Assembly (NCBI GenBank): GCA_021613535.1
Contig: CP075495.1
Location: 13,702,001 to 13,766,000 of the forward strand
Direction of reading: 5' to 3'
DNA length: 64,000 nucleotides
Source: Adineta vaga
Lineage: Eukaryota > Animalia > Rotifera
Numbering within the stretch: the first letter of the stretch is position 1; the number at the start of each line of letters is the position of its first letter. Under the pieces are notes generated by a model. That model ran no database searches. It was given only the letters and a program-made list of their open reading frames with translations, and was not told where the DNA came from. Shown here one piece after another: positions 12,407 through 27,900 of this stretch. Made by a program: the position numbers and the translations under genes.

Positions 12407-14489
12407 ATGGCTGCTTTTGGTATTTCTTTTCCAAAAATAACTTTATGTCGACCATCAACTTCGAAAATCGATACTACTCATGTTCCAGCAACAGCATCAC
12501 CATCAATAACAACAACAAATCCTCCTCGAACTCTTTCTCTTTCAATAAAAAATGTACCAAGTCAACGATTACATTATGATGTTTCAACGACATCAGCCAA
12601 GAAAAAAACACTAACAGACACTACCATTCTCGCAATCGATGGTGAAACTAAACAATTACCAAAGAATTTATCTGTTTTCAACGAACTTCAAATCGATGAT
12701 GGTAAGTTTTTTAAACATTTGATATACTTTCTTATATATAAACAAAAAAGAAAACATATTTGTCTATGCCTAGAAGCTGAAAATAACGATGAAAAAAGGA
12801 CACGAGAAAAAAATTCAAGTAATATTATTCTTTCTTCATCATTATCTCCTATGGGACCTATTGATCATCGTTCTGATATTCGGTCGGTTATTCCCAATGA
12901 TTTTAATATCGACGAGAAACAATTTTTACACGAACGAAAATCAAATCAAACATTTACACCACCAACATCAAGTTTAAGCAATGATTCATCATCAACAAAT
13001 GATTTACATTCAACATTATCTTCAATTTCAGTCGATTTACCTCAATTGAAATATGCTCTTGAGAAATTTCTTATTGACGATAATGATCCTGTTTATGAAA
13101 TAGCGGAAGAATTTTCAACAGATTGTTCTCTTCTTCTTCATCGAGGTAAATAGATTTAGACTTTCATACGTTATTATTTAGACTTTTTCGTTACGATAGA
13201 TCGTAATGAATATACTCAAAAGTCAAACGTGACAACATCTATTGTGAATAATCATCAAGAGGATAAAATTAATATCCTAGAACTTCACTCAACACACGAA
13301 AAGAATGTCGAGAACGAAATACCATCTCATTCATCTCAAGTGTCAAATCATATGAAATGGTACGTGAGTGAATTACGAATTCATCAACCATTGATTTATC
13401 GAACACAATGGATAAATAAACAACAAAATCGACAATTAAGTCATTCAGTTAATGATCTCGTACAGATCTATAATATTGAAAAACAATCTGAAAATGGAAA
13501 ATATTGTATTATCTCAAAAACAATAGATGATACTGTACATTCAACTTCATCATTACAAAATTTTCATCGACAACAAACTCGATATCGATCTGTTGATAAT
13601 ATTCTTCGTAATAATTATCAATCTTGTACAAACGAAGATTTGAATCACATGAAAAATGATTTAGATAATCAACGTTTATCACGTAAGTATTTTTTTTCAT
13701 CGATTTTAATAAAGATAAACATTGAATATGTCTCCTTCTTTCTTCGAAGCTTTAATTGTTAAAAAACGATTAGATCGAACCGTTAAGAAAAAAAGTGATA
13801 CATTAATTAGAAATGAATCTGTAAAAAAGAAATTATTTGATATATTAAATGATGATGAATTAGAAAATGCATGTTTGGAAGATATGAGTGACGAATTTGA
13901 AGATATGTCTACAATTCCTGATCAATATTTTCATCGTGATCTTCCAATGATGAATTCATATTCATCATTAACATCATCCGATGATGCACTCTATTCTTCC
14001 CCTCCAAATGAACTTCAATTACCATCATTACCTCCACTACTTTCATCTTCTTCCCATGATAATCTTTCAAGACATCTAAATCATACAACCGAATATTTTA
14101 TTGGTCGATCACGTTTAATTACTACTAGTCTTGAAAAAATTCCATTGAATACGAATTCATATGATCATTTATCTTCATCACATACTTTACGTCCATCATA
14201 TGAAAATTCTCGTGCATCTTGGTACACATCACCTTCGCCACAATGGCGTATCGATGATCAATTATTAATTCCATCGATATTAAAAAGACATCCATCTAAA
14301 AAAGATCTTAATCAATTAGTTACTGACTATGATATAAACGAAAATCGTAAATCTTTTAATCATCATCGAAAAGAACCAAAGCATGTGAACTATTCCTTAA
14401 TGAATACGTCTACACCATTAGTCGATGATTCTTCATCAATGCTTCCTATTATACAAGATAAATCATCCAATCTTCTTATGTTTATTTAG
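12407..14489 (+). CDS. Uncharacterised Ser/Thr/Asn-rich, probably disordered protein, about 4 exons
   Basis: Long + ORFs (12407-, 13229-, 13722-14489) are joined by GT-AG introns at about 12702-12773, 13146-13199 and 13683-13749. No recognisable domain. Confidence 0.65.
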
Positions 14490-15231
14490 AAAAGAATTTT
14501 TTTTCTTTCTCCACTTTATGTTTTCACTGTCACTATTCCTTCTGTTTGTGTAATCATAAAGATTTCTTTTCAACAATCGATTTAGAACAGTATAATTCAC
14601 TACAAAAATCGTTTTCTTTCCTTTCACAATGCTTTTGTAATATGCTTACAAATCATCATTTTTTTTTGTGTCAACACTACGTAGACTAGATCATGGATTA
14701 TTCTTTTTTTACAAAGCAATCTTTAAATCTGTAGTCTATTGAGAACTTGTTCAATATTCATTTGTATTTCTTGAATAAATAGATACTGTATGAATGAGAT
14801 ATCTACAAAGAAATAGAAGGTTATGAGATATATCAAGAAAATCTATTGATTTTTACCAGATGATAATCATATTTTGTATGTATATCTACATGTGCTAAGA
14901 GCGACGATAAAGGACATTATCATTACGTATATATGTAGAGAAAGCGAGAGTTGTATGGATTGTCCTTCAGATGTCTTGTCGCCTCCTTCATTGTACAAAT
15001 CGATAGGCTTAGTGCTATTAAAAGATGATTTGTACAAAGTGAAATAAAACTACGAAAATAGATCATCGTTCGCGCGTTCATAGTAAAAACAAATATGAAA
15101 AAACATACTCTATATGGATGTACATCTTTTTCTTTCATCATCATCATGAAAAAGAAAATCTTCTAGCAAGAAAATCATTCCTTCATAAGACGATTTTCTA
15201 GTTCGTACATTTCAATTTTTCTCTTCGTCTA

Positions 15232-18200
15232 ATGGATTCTCATCAAAAAAGCAATGAAGATAATTATTCGATATTAACATTGAATCAACCAATGATTTCT
15301 TTATCTACAACATCATCCGATGTATCCATATTGAGAACGACTTCTCTTACAAAATCCAAACTATCAAGTATCAATGAATATCATTCAATGACACAGAATC
15401 GATCTTATCACCAACAAAAACAATTAGAACATAATATTTCATCTTGTTCAAGTTTATCGAATTCTTCGACGGAAATTCTAGAAAAACAGAATGTATCGAT
15501 ACAAAAGTCTTCTAATTTTAATAGAAAAGAAGCTCGACCATTAGGTACATGTGTCCGAAAATGTAGTCAATGTCGACAATTGAAACATATTCTCTTAGCA
15601 GAATGTACTGCATGTTTTCGAATGATGGATATTGATCTTAAAGATTGTAAATGTCAAATATTTATGAATAGAAATGTAATTGAACATTTCAATTGTTCTA
15701 TATGCAATACACAATTAACACTTGATGGATATATTATTTGTGCGAATCGAACATGTCAAACATTGTTATCGAGATTAATAAATGAAGAGTCTAATAATGA
15801 AATTCAAACGAAATCCGTTCTTTTCGATATTATAACAAATATTACCTATCCGAATTCAATGCATAGAACAGTTGCTGTACAAGTCCATACATTGATGAAA
15901 TTTACTTCCACTTCAACGATTTTTATCAACTATTATTGATCGAGAAAATGAGAAAACATCATCGATTTCAACTCAGTCATCGGATACCTATCATACGAAT
16001 AATAATAATAATATTGTTGATATATCATTGAATAAAATTACTATGAATATGATTCCAGCATATAATTCAAATCAACCAAGTAAATTTACTTACGAATCCG
16101 GAAATGAATCGCGACACGATCAAAAACAACAAGTATCTCATGTAAGTATTATAGTCTTCTGTTCTAAAAATCTAGCAATTGTGATGATAGCTAAAGATGA
16201 ATATGAAATTTCATGCGTTAAATCGTGATTTAAGAAAGAATGAAGTTGAGTATTATCCCATTTTTTGGTCCACGATGAATTACTCTAAGCTGCCAGGTAG
16301 AATGAGTTGAAAATCAAAACTAAGATTAAACATGAAATGATTTGATTCCTATACGTCATATAGTCAATTTCTAGAATATGTCTTTTGTTTTCTTGTATAT
16401 CCTTTGTAAAATAAATTAGGAGAATAATTGATAGTTTATCAAGTCCTTCGGATGAAAATCTGTCGGCATATTTATTTTTTATATGTCGACTTATTCGTTC
16501 AAGGACATGTTAATTGGTATTTTCATTATTTCTTTTGTCCTTGACGTAGTTTATGTTTACGAATACTATTCAACCGAGTCCGGCTCGAATAATCATCAAA
16601 TATCTTTTTTCTGTCCTTTTTTTAACGTTGAACTTTTATTTGCCATGTACAAGTTCAAGAAATATAATAAAGAGAAAGAGAGATTTCGATACATTCATCA
16701 CACATATAGGTTTAAACACATTACAAATAGTGACATCTCTTACACATTGGACATAGATATAAGTATAGATGTTTTTAAAAACTAAGAAATTTATGGGAAA
16801 AAGAATGACGTAGCATTAGAGAGAAGTTTATATGGAAAAAGATTTACATATTCCGTTGAACGACGAAAGAAAATACTCATGTTGCTTACTGTCACTATCT
16901 CTAAAACATCATCCAATCATTTTTGCTTTGTTGTGGTCTTTTCACTGATCTATTTGAGAAAATACTATCTTTTCTGAACTTCTTGTCTCTATACCACACT
17001 TTCTTTCTTTCTTTCTTTGGGGTAAGGTTATTGCAAGAAAAGCTGTCTATGTTCACTGATATTGTACAGCCCCTAGTGAGTTTTCAAGATGGTACGAGAA
17101 TTTCTTCTAATATTTGAATTTGTAATCGTATAGTGATTTTTCTTGGCTCATTATTATAGTTGAAATGTTGTCCCACCCTCAAGATCCATATACAGATATA
17201 TTTTTTGTGTTTCATTCTTTTAGTTAATAGATATTCAAAAAATAACATCGAAAAATGATCTAGAATCTATTGAAACACCCAAATCACCACGATGTTTAGC
17301 AATTATGAATGCTCATAAACGTCGTGATCGTTTATCGAAATTGCTTCCACTTCGTACAAATAGACGATGTCAAACACATTTATCTTGTTTAACTAATATT
17401 GATAAAGTATTCCGAAATGAAGAGATTTCAAGTATGACTGTAATACGAACGAATAATCCAAATAGAATTGAACGTCAAATTCAAGTTGATACAATTAAAG
17501 AAGAGTTTGGTGAAGTTTACATTGAAATTGCTGATCATGCTGAAAAAGATTCTACAATAAGTGGCATGGATGATGAAAGAGTTTTCAAAGCACTTACAGA
17601 TACAGATGGTAGCGAAACAAGTGTATAATAATTCATAAATACACTGTTTGTTTTTCATCCAGATCAACGATGGTCTGAATTGATTGTTCAATTAGTCAAT
17701 GAACCATCTCAATTATCACTCAGTGAAATTGCACAACAATTACTAGATACTGTATTTAAAATTTAATAAAACTGAGCATTTTTATTAATTCTCGCTTTCA
17801 GATTGAACGTTTACATACGAATAAGCGATTAGATACTTTGACAAATGGTCAATTACAGCATAAAATTCGTTATGCTATGTCACAATTTAAATCTTTTGAT
17901 GAGAATTTATATCGACAACATAATCGTAAAACCTCAGACAGAACTTCAAAGAAATCTACTGGCTGTAATGGTAGAGTCGATATGGCAGTAACTGTTCGAC
18001 AAATAGATCAACGGCACAATCGTTCATCATCAGTAACAACACATCAAAATTGGAAACGATATGTTGATCGTCTGTTCGAACAAGGTCATTCATCCGATGA
18101 AATTCAACAATTATTATATGAAGCAGCAAGAACAACGATGCCAAATGATGATCAACGTTTACAAAATGTTTTTAATTATATAGATACAAAAGCAAAAGAA

Positions 18201-21200
18201 GATAGATTAAAAACAGCACCAACAGGAATTGAATTTATTTCATCTCGAGTAAAATCTACATCAGAAACCGATTCACAGCTACAACCAGTTGATCTAATTC
18301 AAAACAAAGAAATAAACGGTAGTGCAAGTTTGTTCACTAGGTTTTTTGAAGTTATGATTATTTCTATCAGATATACCGATACAAAACGAAAAAGTATTTG
18401 ATGAAAATCATGCAGCTAAAAAACGAGAAATAGCGCCACTTAATGGAGCAAGTAGTTTACATAAACTAAAAAGTAATCAAATATTGACAGATGTTGAGAT
18501 ATGAAAGAAAATTTTCAATACTGTAGAATCTTTACCTTTTGTCACGACTGATTACGATCAAGCCAATTCGATATTAACAACTAATTTAAAACAACATGAT
18601 GTTCATTCACATTCATTAAATATTGGAACAGAAATAGATGAGTTAATCACATGTTTTGAATCAAAAATGAAAGAATCAAATAGTATGGATTGTGATAAAA
18701 TTGAATATTTAATGAAACGATATATTGAATTGTTAAATAATGAAAAGAGATCGATTGAATCATCAACAAATGAAAGTCATACTCAGGAATTAAATGAAAA
18801 ACTGAATAGTGAGAATGTCACATTGAATCAATCACAATCTACACATTCATCAACAAACAAACTATTGGATGTAAAATCAGAAAGTATTCTTATAGAAAAT
18901 CCAGAGAATGCTCGTTTAATCCGATGCCATCCGATACCGTATATGTCTTCGAAGGAAAAAATATCAACAGAAACGTTACAACAAGTATTTATTGAATCAA
19001 CAGAACAGATCACATTGAAAACTAAAGACTTCAAAGAAAACTTGGATACAAATGAAAGAATTCATGAAAAAGACATAACGATTATATCTTCACAAATAGA
19101 TAGTACGATAAATAATAGCCAATCTCAAACTAAATGGCTTAATTCATTATTATCAAAAATATCCAACGGTCCAAGTAATATAACTGGTAGGTGTTAATTT
19201 AAATTCTTTTTCTCTATTATCTAAAATTTAATAGATATTGTTTCGAATTCACCATCCGTATCAGTTATAAATCAAACAAACAGTGATCATAATGATAGAA
19301 TGAATATAGTGGAAAAACCGATTAGATTAGATCAAGTAGATAGAATCGTATTTGAAAAAGAACATGTTCGATCAATCATTGTTCCAATATACAATTTACC
19401 TATACTTCAAGAACAATATCATGTAGTTAAAATACAAATACTACAAAGAACACCGGTAACAACAACTTCAAAACAAATGAAAGAATCACAAGATCAGTTC
19501 ACATCGATCCATGACGATAAAATGAACAGTAATATTAACAATGAAGATTCGCATTCAAACAATGATATCAGCAGTACTCCACTATCTCTACCTGTAACTA
19601 CAGTACATACAAATAGATCTGATGAAGAAAAATCATCGATTTCTTCTTTTATCGATCAGTCTTTATCTTTCGAACCAATAGCTAATGAACAAGTGTTGAA
19701 TAATGACGAAAATATTGAATCATCACAGCAACTATTCGAGATAGAAAAGGGTATAACAACATCACCTGTTTTGACATCCAATGACATCATGGTAAAAATT
19801 TATCTAGTTTTATATTTGATGATGGTATGGGGATATTTTTCAACGTTCTTGATTTTTTTAGACGGTTGAAGCTAATACTCATACTGATCAATTACTAAAT
19901 GGAAACGTTTCTATCTCGAATATTGTCATGAGAAAAAATGAAGTTTATACGCATTTCGAAGAACCATTCCAATTTCAAAAGAGAACCAATCCAATTCTGC
20001 TACCAGCATTAGTACAACAAGTTACCGTTCCTAATATGATAAATACTCATTCTTCGTTCATTCACTTAAACAATCAAAATGATATGAATCTATCTCAAGA
20101 ATCAATAACGAACAATGATTCTATGATGAATGAACAGAAAAATTCAGCAATTAGTTCTAATTATCAGAATATGATTCCAATATCAACTCAGAATAATGAA
20201 GATTATCAATCTGGAAATGAAAAAATAGATCATAGAGATACTGATGATACTCTTGAACCTTTGATCTTATCAATGACACATCGTATTGTTCAACAATCAA
20301 CAAACACAATACTTTCTCCATCAGATATTACAGTAAAAATTCTTTGTAAAAGCGTAAAATTCTATTAATTTCGTATTCACTTAGAAAACTATCAATAGTA
20401 AATACAAAAAATTGAGTACACCATCACCCAACACATTCGAACCACTTTCGACTCCTGAGTAAATGCTATGATATATCATGGGAAAATGCATTAGTTCATA
20501 TTTTGTTTTAAGTCAACTATTTGAAGACGATAAATCTCTGATGAAACATAATATCACTCCGAATCTTTCCATCGAAGATCAATCTGGTAAAAACACCTGA
20601 TAAGTCTATTCGAAAGCCATTCCATTACACGTTTCTATCATAGAACAGACAACATTACCCATAGAATCATCCACAATGAATGAAAGAATTGACGATTCGA
20701 AATTTTATGAATCCAATCTTCCAAACGATGATACTTCGAAAGAAGATATAAGTAACAAATTACAAAATGAATATAGTAAGAAGATATCTTGAATGGATAA
20801 AGATCTAATACCGATCCTTTTATTTTTCACATGATAGGCGCTTCACCCTCTTCTAAAAACTCTTTGCAAGGATCAATTTTATCAGATAATATTCTAGAAA
20901 ATCCAGTAGTTGAAGTTGAAACAGATGACGAACAAATGAAAGCACAACTGGCAAGAAGTAACAGATATTCTCGACCAAAACTATCTGTCGAAGATGTACA
21001 AAGTAAATAAATGAAACAAAACGAAGTGTCGATTCAGAATAGCTCTTTAGCTCCTTTCTACCTAATCCTCCGTCATCTGTTACATCAACTTCTTCTGTTG
21101 ATAACACTCATATTGAACAACAACAACAACAACACGAAGAAGAAACTCAACCAACTGTTGGCGATATAACATCATCATTAACTCTACTAAACCAAAGTGA

Positions 21201-24200
21201 ACCATCAAATGAAACATCAACGAGTGATCCACAAAAAATAAAATCATCCTCAAGTAAAAATATCAACACTCGAGAGGTATACTTTATTCTACATATTTCT
21301 CATACGATTTTTTGTTTTAAACATTCACACATCAAGAGTAACAAATCAGCAGAAATTGAAAACATTTCCCCATATCATCATTCAAAACAACGGTTTGTAT
21401 CTATTCCATATAAACTAAAATTAGCATGATCTACCATCATTTTTCAGTCATCACAATAGAGAACATGAATTAGAAAGAATAAAATCGTTGAGAAACAACA
21501 GTATAGATCAAATAGGTATGATACAGAACTTTTGCTCCGATTCAATACTGAATTCAACATTCAGAAGCGATAGTAGATGATAATCATGCTGAAAATGAGA
21601 ATATCAAACATTGGAATCAAAATGATGAATATGATTACAAACAAAAATCGAAAAGAGTTGATTCATCTTCTACAATAAAAAAACATCCGATAATGTCGAT
21701 TACAACTACAATAAATCTCGGAATGCAAGAACCTAGTTTAAAACTTCAAAATTCTACATTAAAAAATGAAAATGATAAATTAATATTCGATGATATACTA
21801 GTAGAGTCATCGGAAGAAACACAAAGAACAACTAGTATAACATCATTTAATCCTGATCATTTAAATAAGTATGCGCTATGTTTTAAATCTTATTAATTTA
21901 GGATATGAACAATCGTTTATTATTCTTTTTTTTTCTAGTTTCATCTCAAATGAGTTCTATGAAGAAAAAGATCAAAGATCGTTTATTCGAAAAGGACAAT
22001 CATCATTACCAACTAAATCAAATCGTACTATGATACCTTTGTCTTCAATTCCGAAAATGTTGTCAAAACGATCTCCAAGAAAACAAATTTCTACTACTTT
22101 ACAATCAACAAAACCAAATACGATACTATCTGTAACAGATGTTAGCACCTCATCAAATAATACACTTGCTACGGATCAATTATTAAGTACACAGTCAACT
22201 ATCACCGATCACAAAAAAATTACATCTTTAAAAAAGTCAAGCAAAACATATCGTTCCAAAGAAAGAAATACAAAAACACCAAATTCTAATTCTAAACATA
22301 AAATATTTCGAAGAACAACATCACGCTCATCAACGAATTTTACACTTCCTAATTCTACAGAACGACACATTGCTACATCTAAGAAAAAAATTAAAGATAG
22401 AAACCTTTTGATGCATTCAGATCTCATCTATAATACAGAAGCAGGTTCTGATGCTTGGATACAAAGTCATGAAGATACTAGTGAAATTCTTATCATTGAT
22501 GAACAAAATGATAAAAAACAACATAAAAACAAGATGCTCGAAGAATCACATCTAATGCCAATTAATTTAAAAGCACGTGGTGATCATCAAGCACACACTA
22601 TAGATTCTTCTAAATGTAAATTTTTACTCTCTTTTTTTTCAAAACATGTTTATTAACATTCATTTTTTCGGTTTTCTTCGTAGTACCAAGCATCGAACAA
22701 TCTTGTGGCGAAAATCATATGAAAAAACTATCTAATAATATTGTTCGTCGTCCAATGATTCGACTTCCAGTAACGCAAATCGAAAAATTCGACTGTGGAA
22801 CAATTGGACCTCGTCTTCATCCTTCATCGCTTACCCGTCAATTATTATATTTACCATCCATTCGTGTTCATGAACATGATCATCAAACAAATGAAACACT
22901 TACAGATCGTTTATATCGTTTAATGTCATCAGAAACCAATGATGATAAATGTGCATTTGAATCTATTGTCAATTGGCAACAACAATCATATCAATTGACA
23001 AAAACTGAACAGAAGAAGTTTCAATATATGTACTTATTAGATTTACCGACAAGAGGAAATACAATTCGTGGTAGGCAATATCCAATATTAACAGACGAAA
23101 TTGATTTAATCGATGATCTGAATACATGTACTCTGGTTAATAAATGGGCTTTCGCTGATTTAGTTGATATTGAACGAAAAAAATATTTTCAAGAATCAAT
23201 TCCTGTCAAACAATCAAATCTAAATAAAAGTATCAAAATCTGTTTACGAAAACGGCCATTGACACAATTTGAACGGAATGTTTTTAAAGAAGTTGATATT
23301 ATTAGTACAATCGATTCTCAAACAATACTTCTTCATATTCCATCTATTACTGTTGACAATCAAGTCTTCATTAAAAATCAAAAATTTAAATGTGATCAAA
23401 CATTTGACGAACATTGTCAAATAAATACTGTTTATCAAGCAACACTTTCACCCTTATTAGACAAAGTACTTGATGGTAATAAGTAAGTAGATAAACAAGC
23501 TTTCGAGTTCTTTATTCTTTTATTATATTCTGTACATAGATGTTTATATTTAATTGGTGGTGGAAGATATTCCGGTAAAACATCTCTTCTTCGTTCGTTA
23601 ATTGATCTATTAGCATTTGATTTAATTCAACTGTTATCATCTTATGATATTTATATCAAATTTCTTGGTATCTGTCATAATCGTATTGTTGATCTTTTAC
23701 AAAATTATTCTCCAATACGTTTAATGAAATTAATCAATTGGATTTTCATACCTGATGAAGAATTTCATTTAAAAACTGATCAAGATATTGATTATATAGT
23801 ATGTCAAATGAAAAAACGTCGTCGTTATATGCATCAATTAATTCAAATAAATTTTTATGAAAAAGGTCAATCAACTGTAATCGGATCTCTTATGATTGTT
23901 CTGCTAGCTTCATCTCAATATGTATACACACGAAATTTATGTTCACATCGGCGAAAATTTCTAATTAATTCATTGAATAAAACAATGTTATCATTTAAAC
24001 GAGCATTACTTGGAATTCGACAACATCCCGATCGAATTCGTGCTGGTAAAAATAAGGATTCTTATTAATAGTACATCAGTGAAAGCGTTTTTGTAGCTTT
24101 TAATAATGATATTTTAACACGATTGATTCAACCCTATGTATTCAATGAACCATCGAATGTTTGTTATATCGGAACGTTAAATCCAGGTCATCGACATCGC

Positions 24201-24338
24201 ATTGCAACGAAATCGACACTTGAATTTGCGCGTAACCTTCGTTTTTGTTTAAAACATATTCATCGACAACGACGAAAACATAAAAAACTATTTCAAATCA
24301 AGAATTTTAATGATGATGATGACAATGAGATATTCTGA
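15232..24338 (+). CDS. Large multi-exon protein: N-terminal Cys-rich (zinc-binding-like) region, long disordered middle, C-terminal degenerate kinesin-13-like motor domain; one apparent frameshift at about 15920
   Basis: Exons can be chained with phase-compatible GT-AG introns from 16142 to about 24097. Motor: IKICLRKRPLTQFE..EVDII..LLHIPSITVDNQVFIKNQKFKCDQTFDE..VYQATLSPLL aligns with KIF2/KIF24 ICVCVRKRPL..VHEPK.KVDLT.YLENQ.F.FD.AFD..VY. Confidence 0.72.
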
Positions 24339-24906
24339 AATATCACCATTTTCTTCTTCTTCTTCTTCTTCTTCTTTTTCGTAATGTAACTTTTCAATTC
24401 TATCTTTGTATATGAGATCATAAATTCCTGTTTCGAAATAAATCGAATTGAACGAACTTTCGATTTCAATACTATTTTCGATGAAAATTTAACTGAAATT
24501 ATATTTTTTTTTTATTATGAACATTTGTTTTCAATGTTAACGTTAGAATAGAAGGTTATTTTATTGTCTTATGATATTTACCCACCCTATGATAGAACAG
24601 AGAAGTATTTTCTGAAGGTCAAGTTGAAATGGTCAGACAATCGTTTATTGTTAGCGACATCTGAATAGTTCATATAGAAAGTATTTATCAAACATTTGAA
24701 ACATTTTCTATCATCAAAATATTCGTCGACGAAAACTAAAATTCGAGAAAAACTTTTATTGAAATAGATGTCCTTATTAATCCATTCATTGGTTGTCCCA
24801 AAAAACAAACACACGGTGATTTAACACCTTTCAAAAGAAAAAAGTCACCATTTGAAAACTTTATTTACTCATTGGGATGACATTGTTCAATTGATTTCTA
24901 TTTTAG

Positions 24907-27900
24907 ATGAGCAATATGCGAGTCATTATTTGGCTCCAGTTTCATTTTTTTTGTCTTATTCCAATTCTATTTGCTCATCAATCTGCCGATTTTTTTCCAT
25001 ATTATTCTAAAAATGAAACTAATAATATTGATGAGAAAGGTGATGGCCTATTCATATATGATCAACTCGATGAAGTTACATCAACAAATCATTCGATTCA
25101 TCGTCGACAAATTTCATTAAATATTATGACATCACAACTTGCACGAATACCTATTGTGCCATCCTATATTATTCTTGGTCCACGTACTGTTCGACCAGCA
25201 CAGTTAGTTGCTTTGAGTGTAACTATTTTACGTGATGAATGGAATCCAATGATGGTAAAAGCATTAATATCAAATGATGATATGGATGTAGCAGCTGCAG
25301 AAGATCTATTCTTTGTTGGTGTACCACGTACATTAGAAATGCGTGTACCAAATAATGTTCGTCCAGGAACGTATCGTTTAACACTTGAAGGAAAATTATT
25401 AACAGGTGAACAGAAGTTTTATAATGTTTCACAATTAATATTTGAACAGAAAGCTGTTTCAATACTTATTCAACTTGATCGACCGGTTTATCGACATGAA
25501 ACTGTAGTACAATTTCGTTGTATACCAATATATCCTGATCTTAGTGGTTACTATCATACGATTGACGTTTATATGATTGGCCCATCGGGCCATATTTTAC
25601 GTAAGTGGGAAAATCAACAAACAACGGCTGGCATGGTTTCACTCGAATATCCAATAAATGATGCGCCGCCAGAAGGTATTTGGTCAATTAGATGTCGTGT
25701 AATGGGTTATGAAGCAACAAAAACATTTGAACTTTATGAATTTTATCCTCGCAAATTTGAAGTCAATGTAACTGTTCCTTATTATTTACCGGTCAATTCA
25801 CCTGGTGTTGGTGGTATTGTAACAGCAAATTATTCAACTGGTATGGGTGTTCTTGGTTTTGCTCGAGTGATTGTTCGTGCGCGTGATATGTCTATACCGT
25901 ATGATCCACGTGCTAATCCATTAAACGATGTTGAATTTGATCGATCTGTACCCTCATTTGTTACTACTATTGATGATTTCAATGGTGTTGCAGGCTTTTT
26001 TATTCCAATTGCAACTATTCTTAATCTTGTACCTAATTTAGATGGAAAAGAAATTCTTATAACGGCACTTGTACATGATCCATGGTGGAATGAAACAAAT
26101 AATGGTACGACAGTTGTTTCTTTCTATAAACCTGGAACCCGTTTACGTTTTCTTGGTGGACCATCGATGGTATTTAAACCACGCATGATATTTACTACTT
26201 ATGTTGCGGCTGTCAATGCTGATGGTACAAAGTTTCCTCCGGGACCTAATCGATTTATTCGAATCTATACTGAAACTGATGGTGGACCAATTCAACAACC
26301 CGCTGATTATATACTTGATGCATCAGGGATTATTTCGCATCAATTTCTTGCACCACCCGATCCAGCTCTATTGTTTATACGTCTTCGTGCTGAATTATAC
26401 GATAATAATATATTAGTTCCAGATAGTACAGATGAACAACGTGCAATACGTTATTTATCACCATCGAATAGTTATCTACAAGTAACATCTAGTACTGAAA
26501 CACCGCACGTTGGTGATTTCATGTTATTTCGTGTAAATATTACTCAATATGTTGATTTTGTTTATTATCATATCACATCAGCAGGTAAATTAATCTTTAC
26601 AAATATTCTTCCAATGGATGGTGCTAAACAGAAAACCTTCGATGTTGGTGTCAGTCGTGAAATGGCACCATCAGCTCATATACTCGTTTATTATATTCGT
26701 TATGATGGTGAAATTGTTGCTGATAGTATGAATTTTCATGTTAATACATCATCGGTAACCAATCGTGTTAATATAACAATCAATCGGCGAAAAGATTTTA
26801 CAGGAAATACAATTGAAGTCTTAGCATATGCATCACCACAATCATTTGTTGCATTTGCTGGTCTTGGTCTAGTACAGACACGTTTATTTCCGCCAGGAAA
26901 TCATTTCAATCCAGTGATGGTTCGTTTGGTTTCTTGTTTTCGTGGAGAATTCATTCGTTTAACGAAATATTTTCTGTAAATTTTAGATTTATGATGAATT
27001 GTATTCATTTGATCATTATGCAACAACAAGTTTTCAACATACATGGAATTCTGAAATGAATATACCTATGAATCGTGTTTTTTTTCCTTCGCAATCATAT
27101 GGATATGATGCAGGTTCAACATTTAATTCATCTGGTATGCAAGTTTTTACTGATGTTAATGTTCAAGCTATTCAAACTGCATGTGCTCAAAATGGTCTTA
27201 TGCAATGTGCCGACGGTTCATGTTATCCACCACCACTACGATGCAATGGTATTCTCAATTGTCCAGATGGTTCAGATGAAGCTAAATGTAACACAACAAC
27301 AACAAGTGCTTATGATTTTACTCCATTATATCGTCGTTTATGGCCATATTGGGAACGTGAATTACAACTTGATTTTATGTGGCATCAACAATTTGCTTAT
27401 CCAGATGGTCGTGTACAATTTCGTACAACTGTACCAAATGTTATTGCAACATGGGTTATTACAGCAATTGCTGTTAGTCGTTTAACTGGTTTTGGTGTTG
27501 TCGATGTTCCATTTATTTATGAAGGTACAAGACAATTTTTTATCAAAGTAGAAATTCCACCCATTGTTCGACTTGGTGAACAAGTTGGTGCACGTGTTGA
27601 TGTATTTAATTTTCAATCACATCGTATTGAAGCATTGATTATTTTACATGCGTCAGATAATTATCGATTTGTAAATCTTGATCAAAATGGTGTTGTCTCA
27701 TCTTATGCACCACGTTTAACGGATGGTCAACATCATGTTCTAGTTATTTTATATCCGAATGAAGTACGACGACTTTATCTTCCTTTCGTGCCCATTGTTG
27801 CTGGTGAAGTTGAAGTAATGATTGAAGGTAAGACAAAAGAATAAATATTATTAATTTATATGACTCTGAACAAGAGATAGAAGATAATCTTCACGATCAA

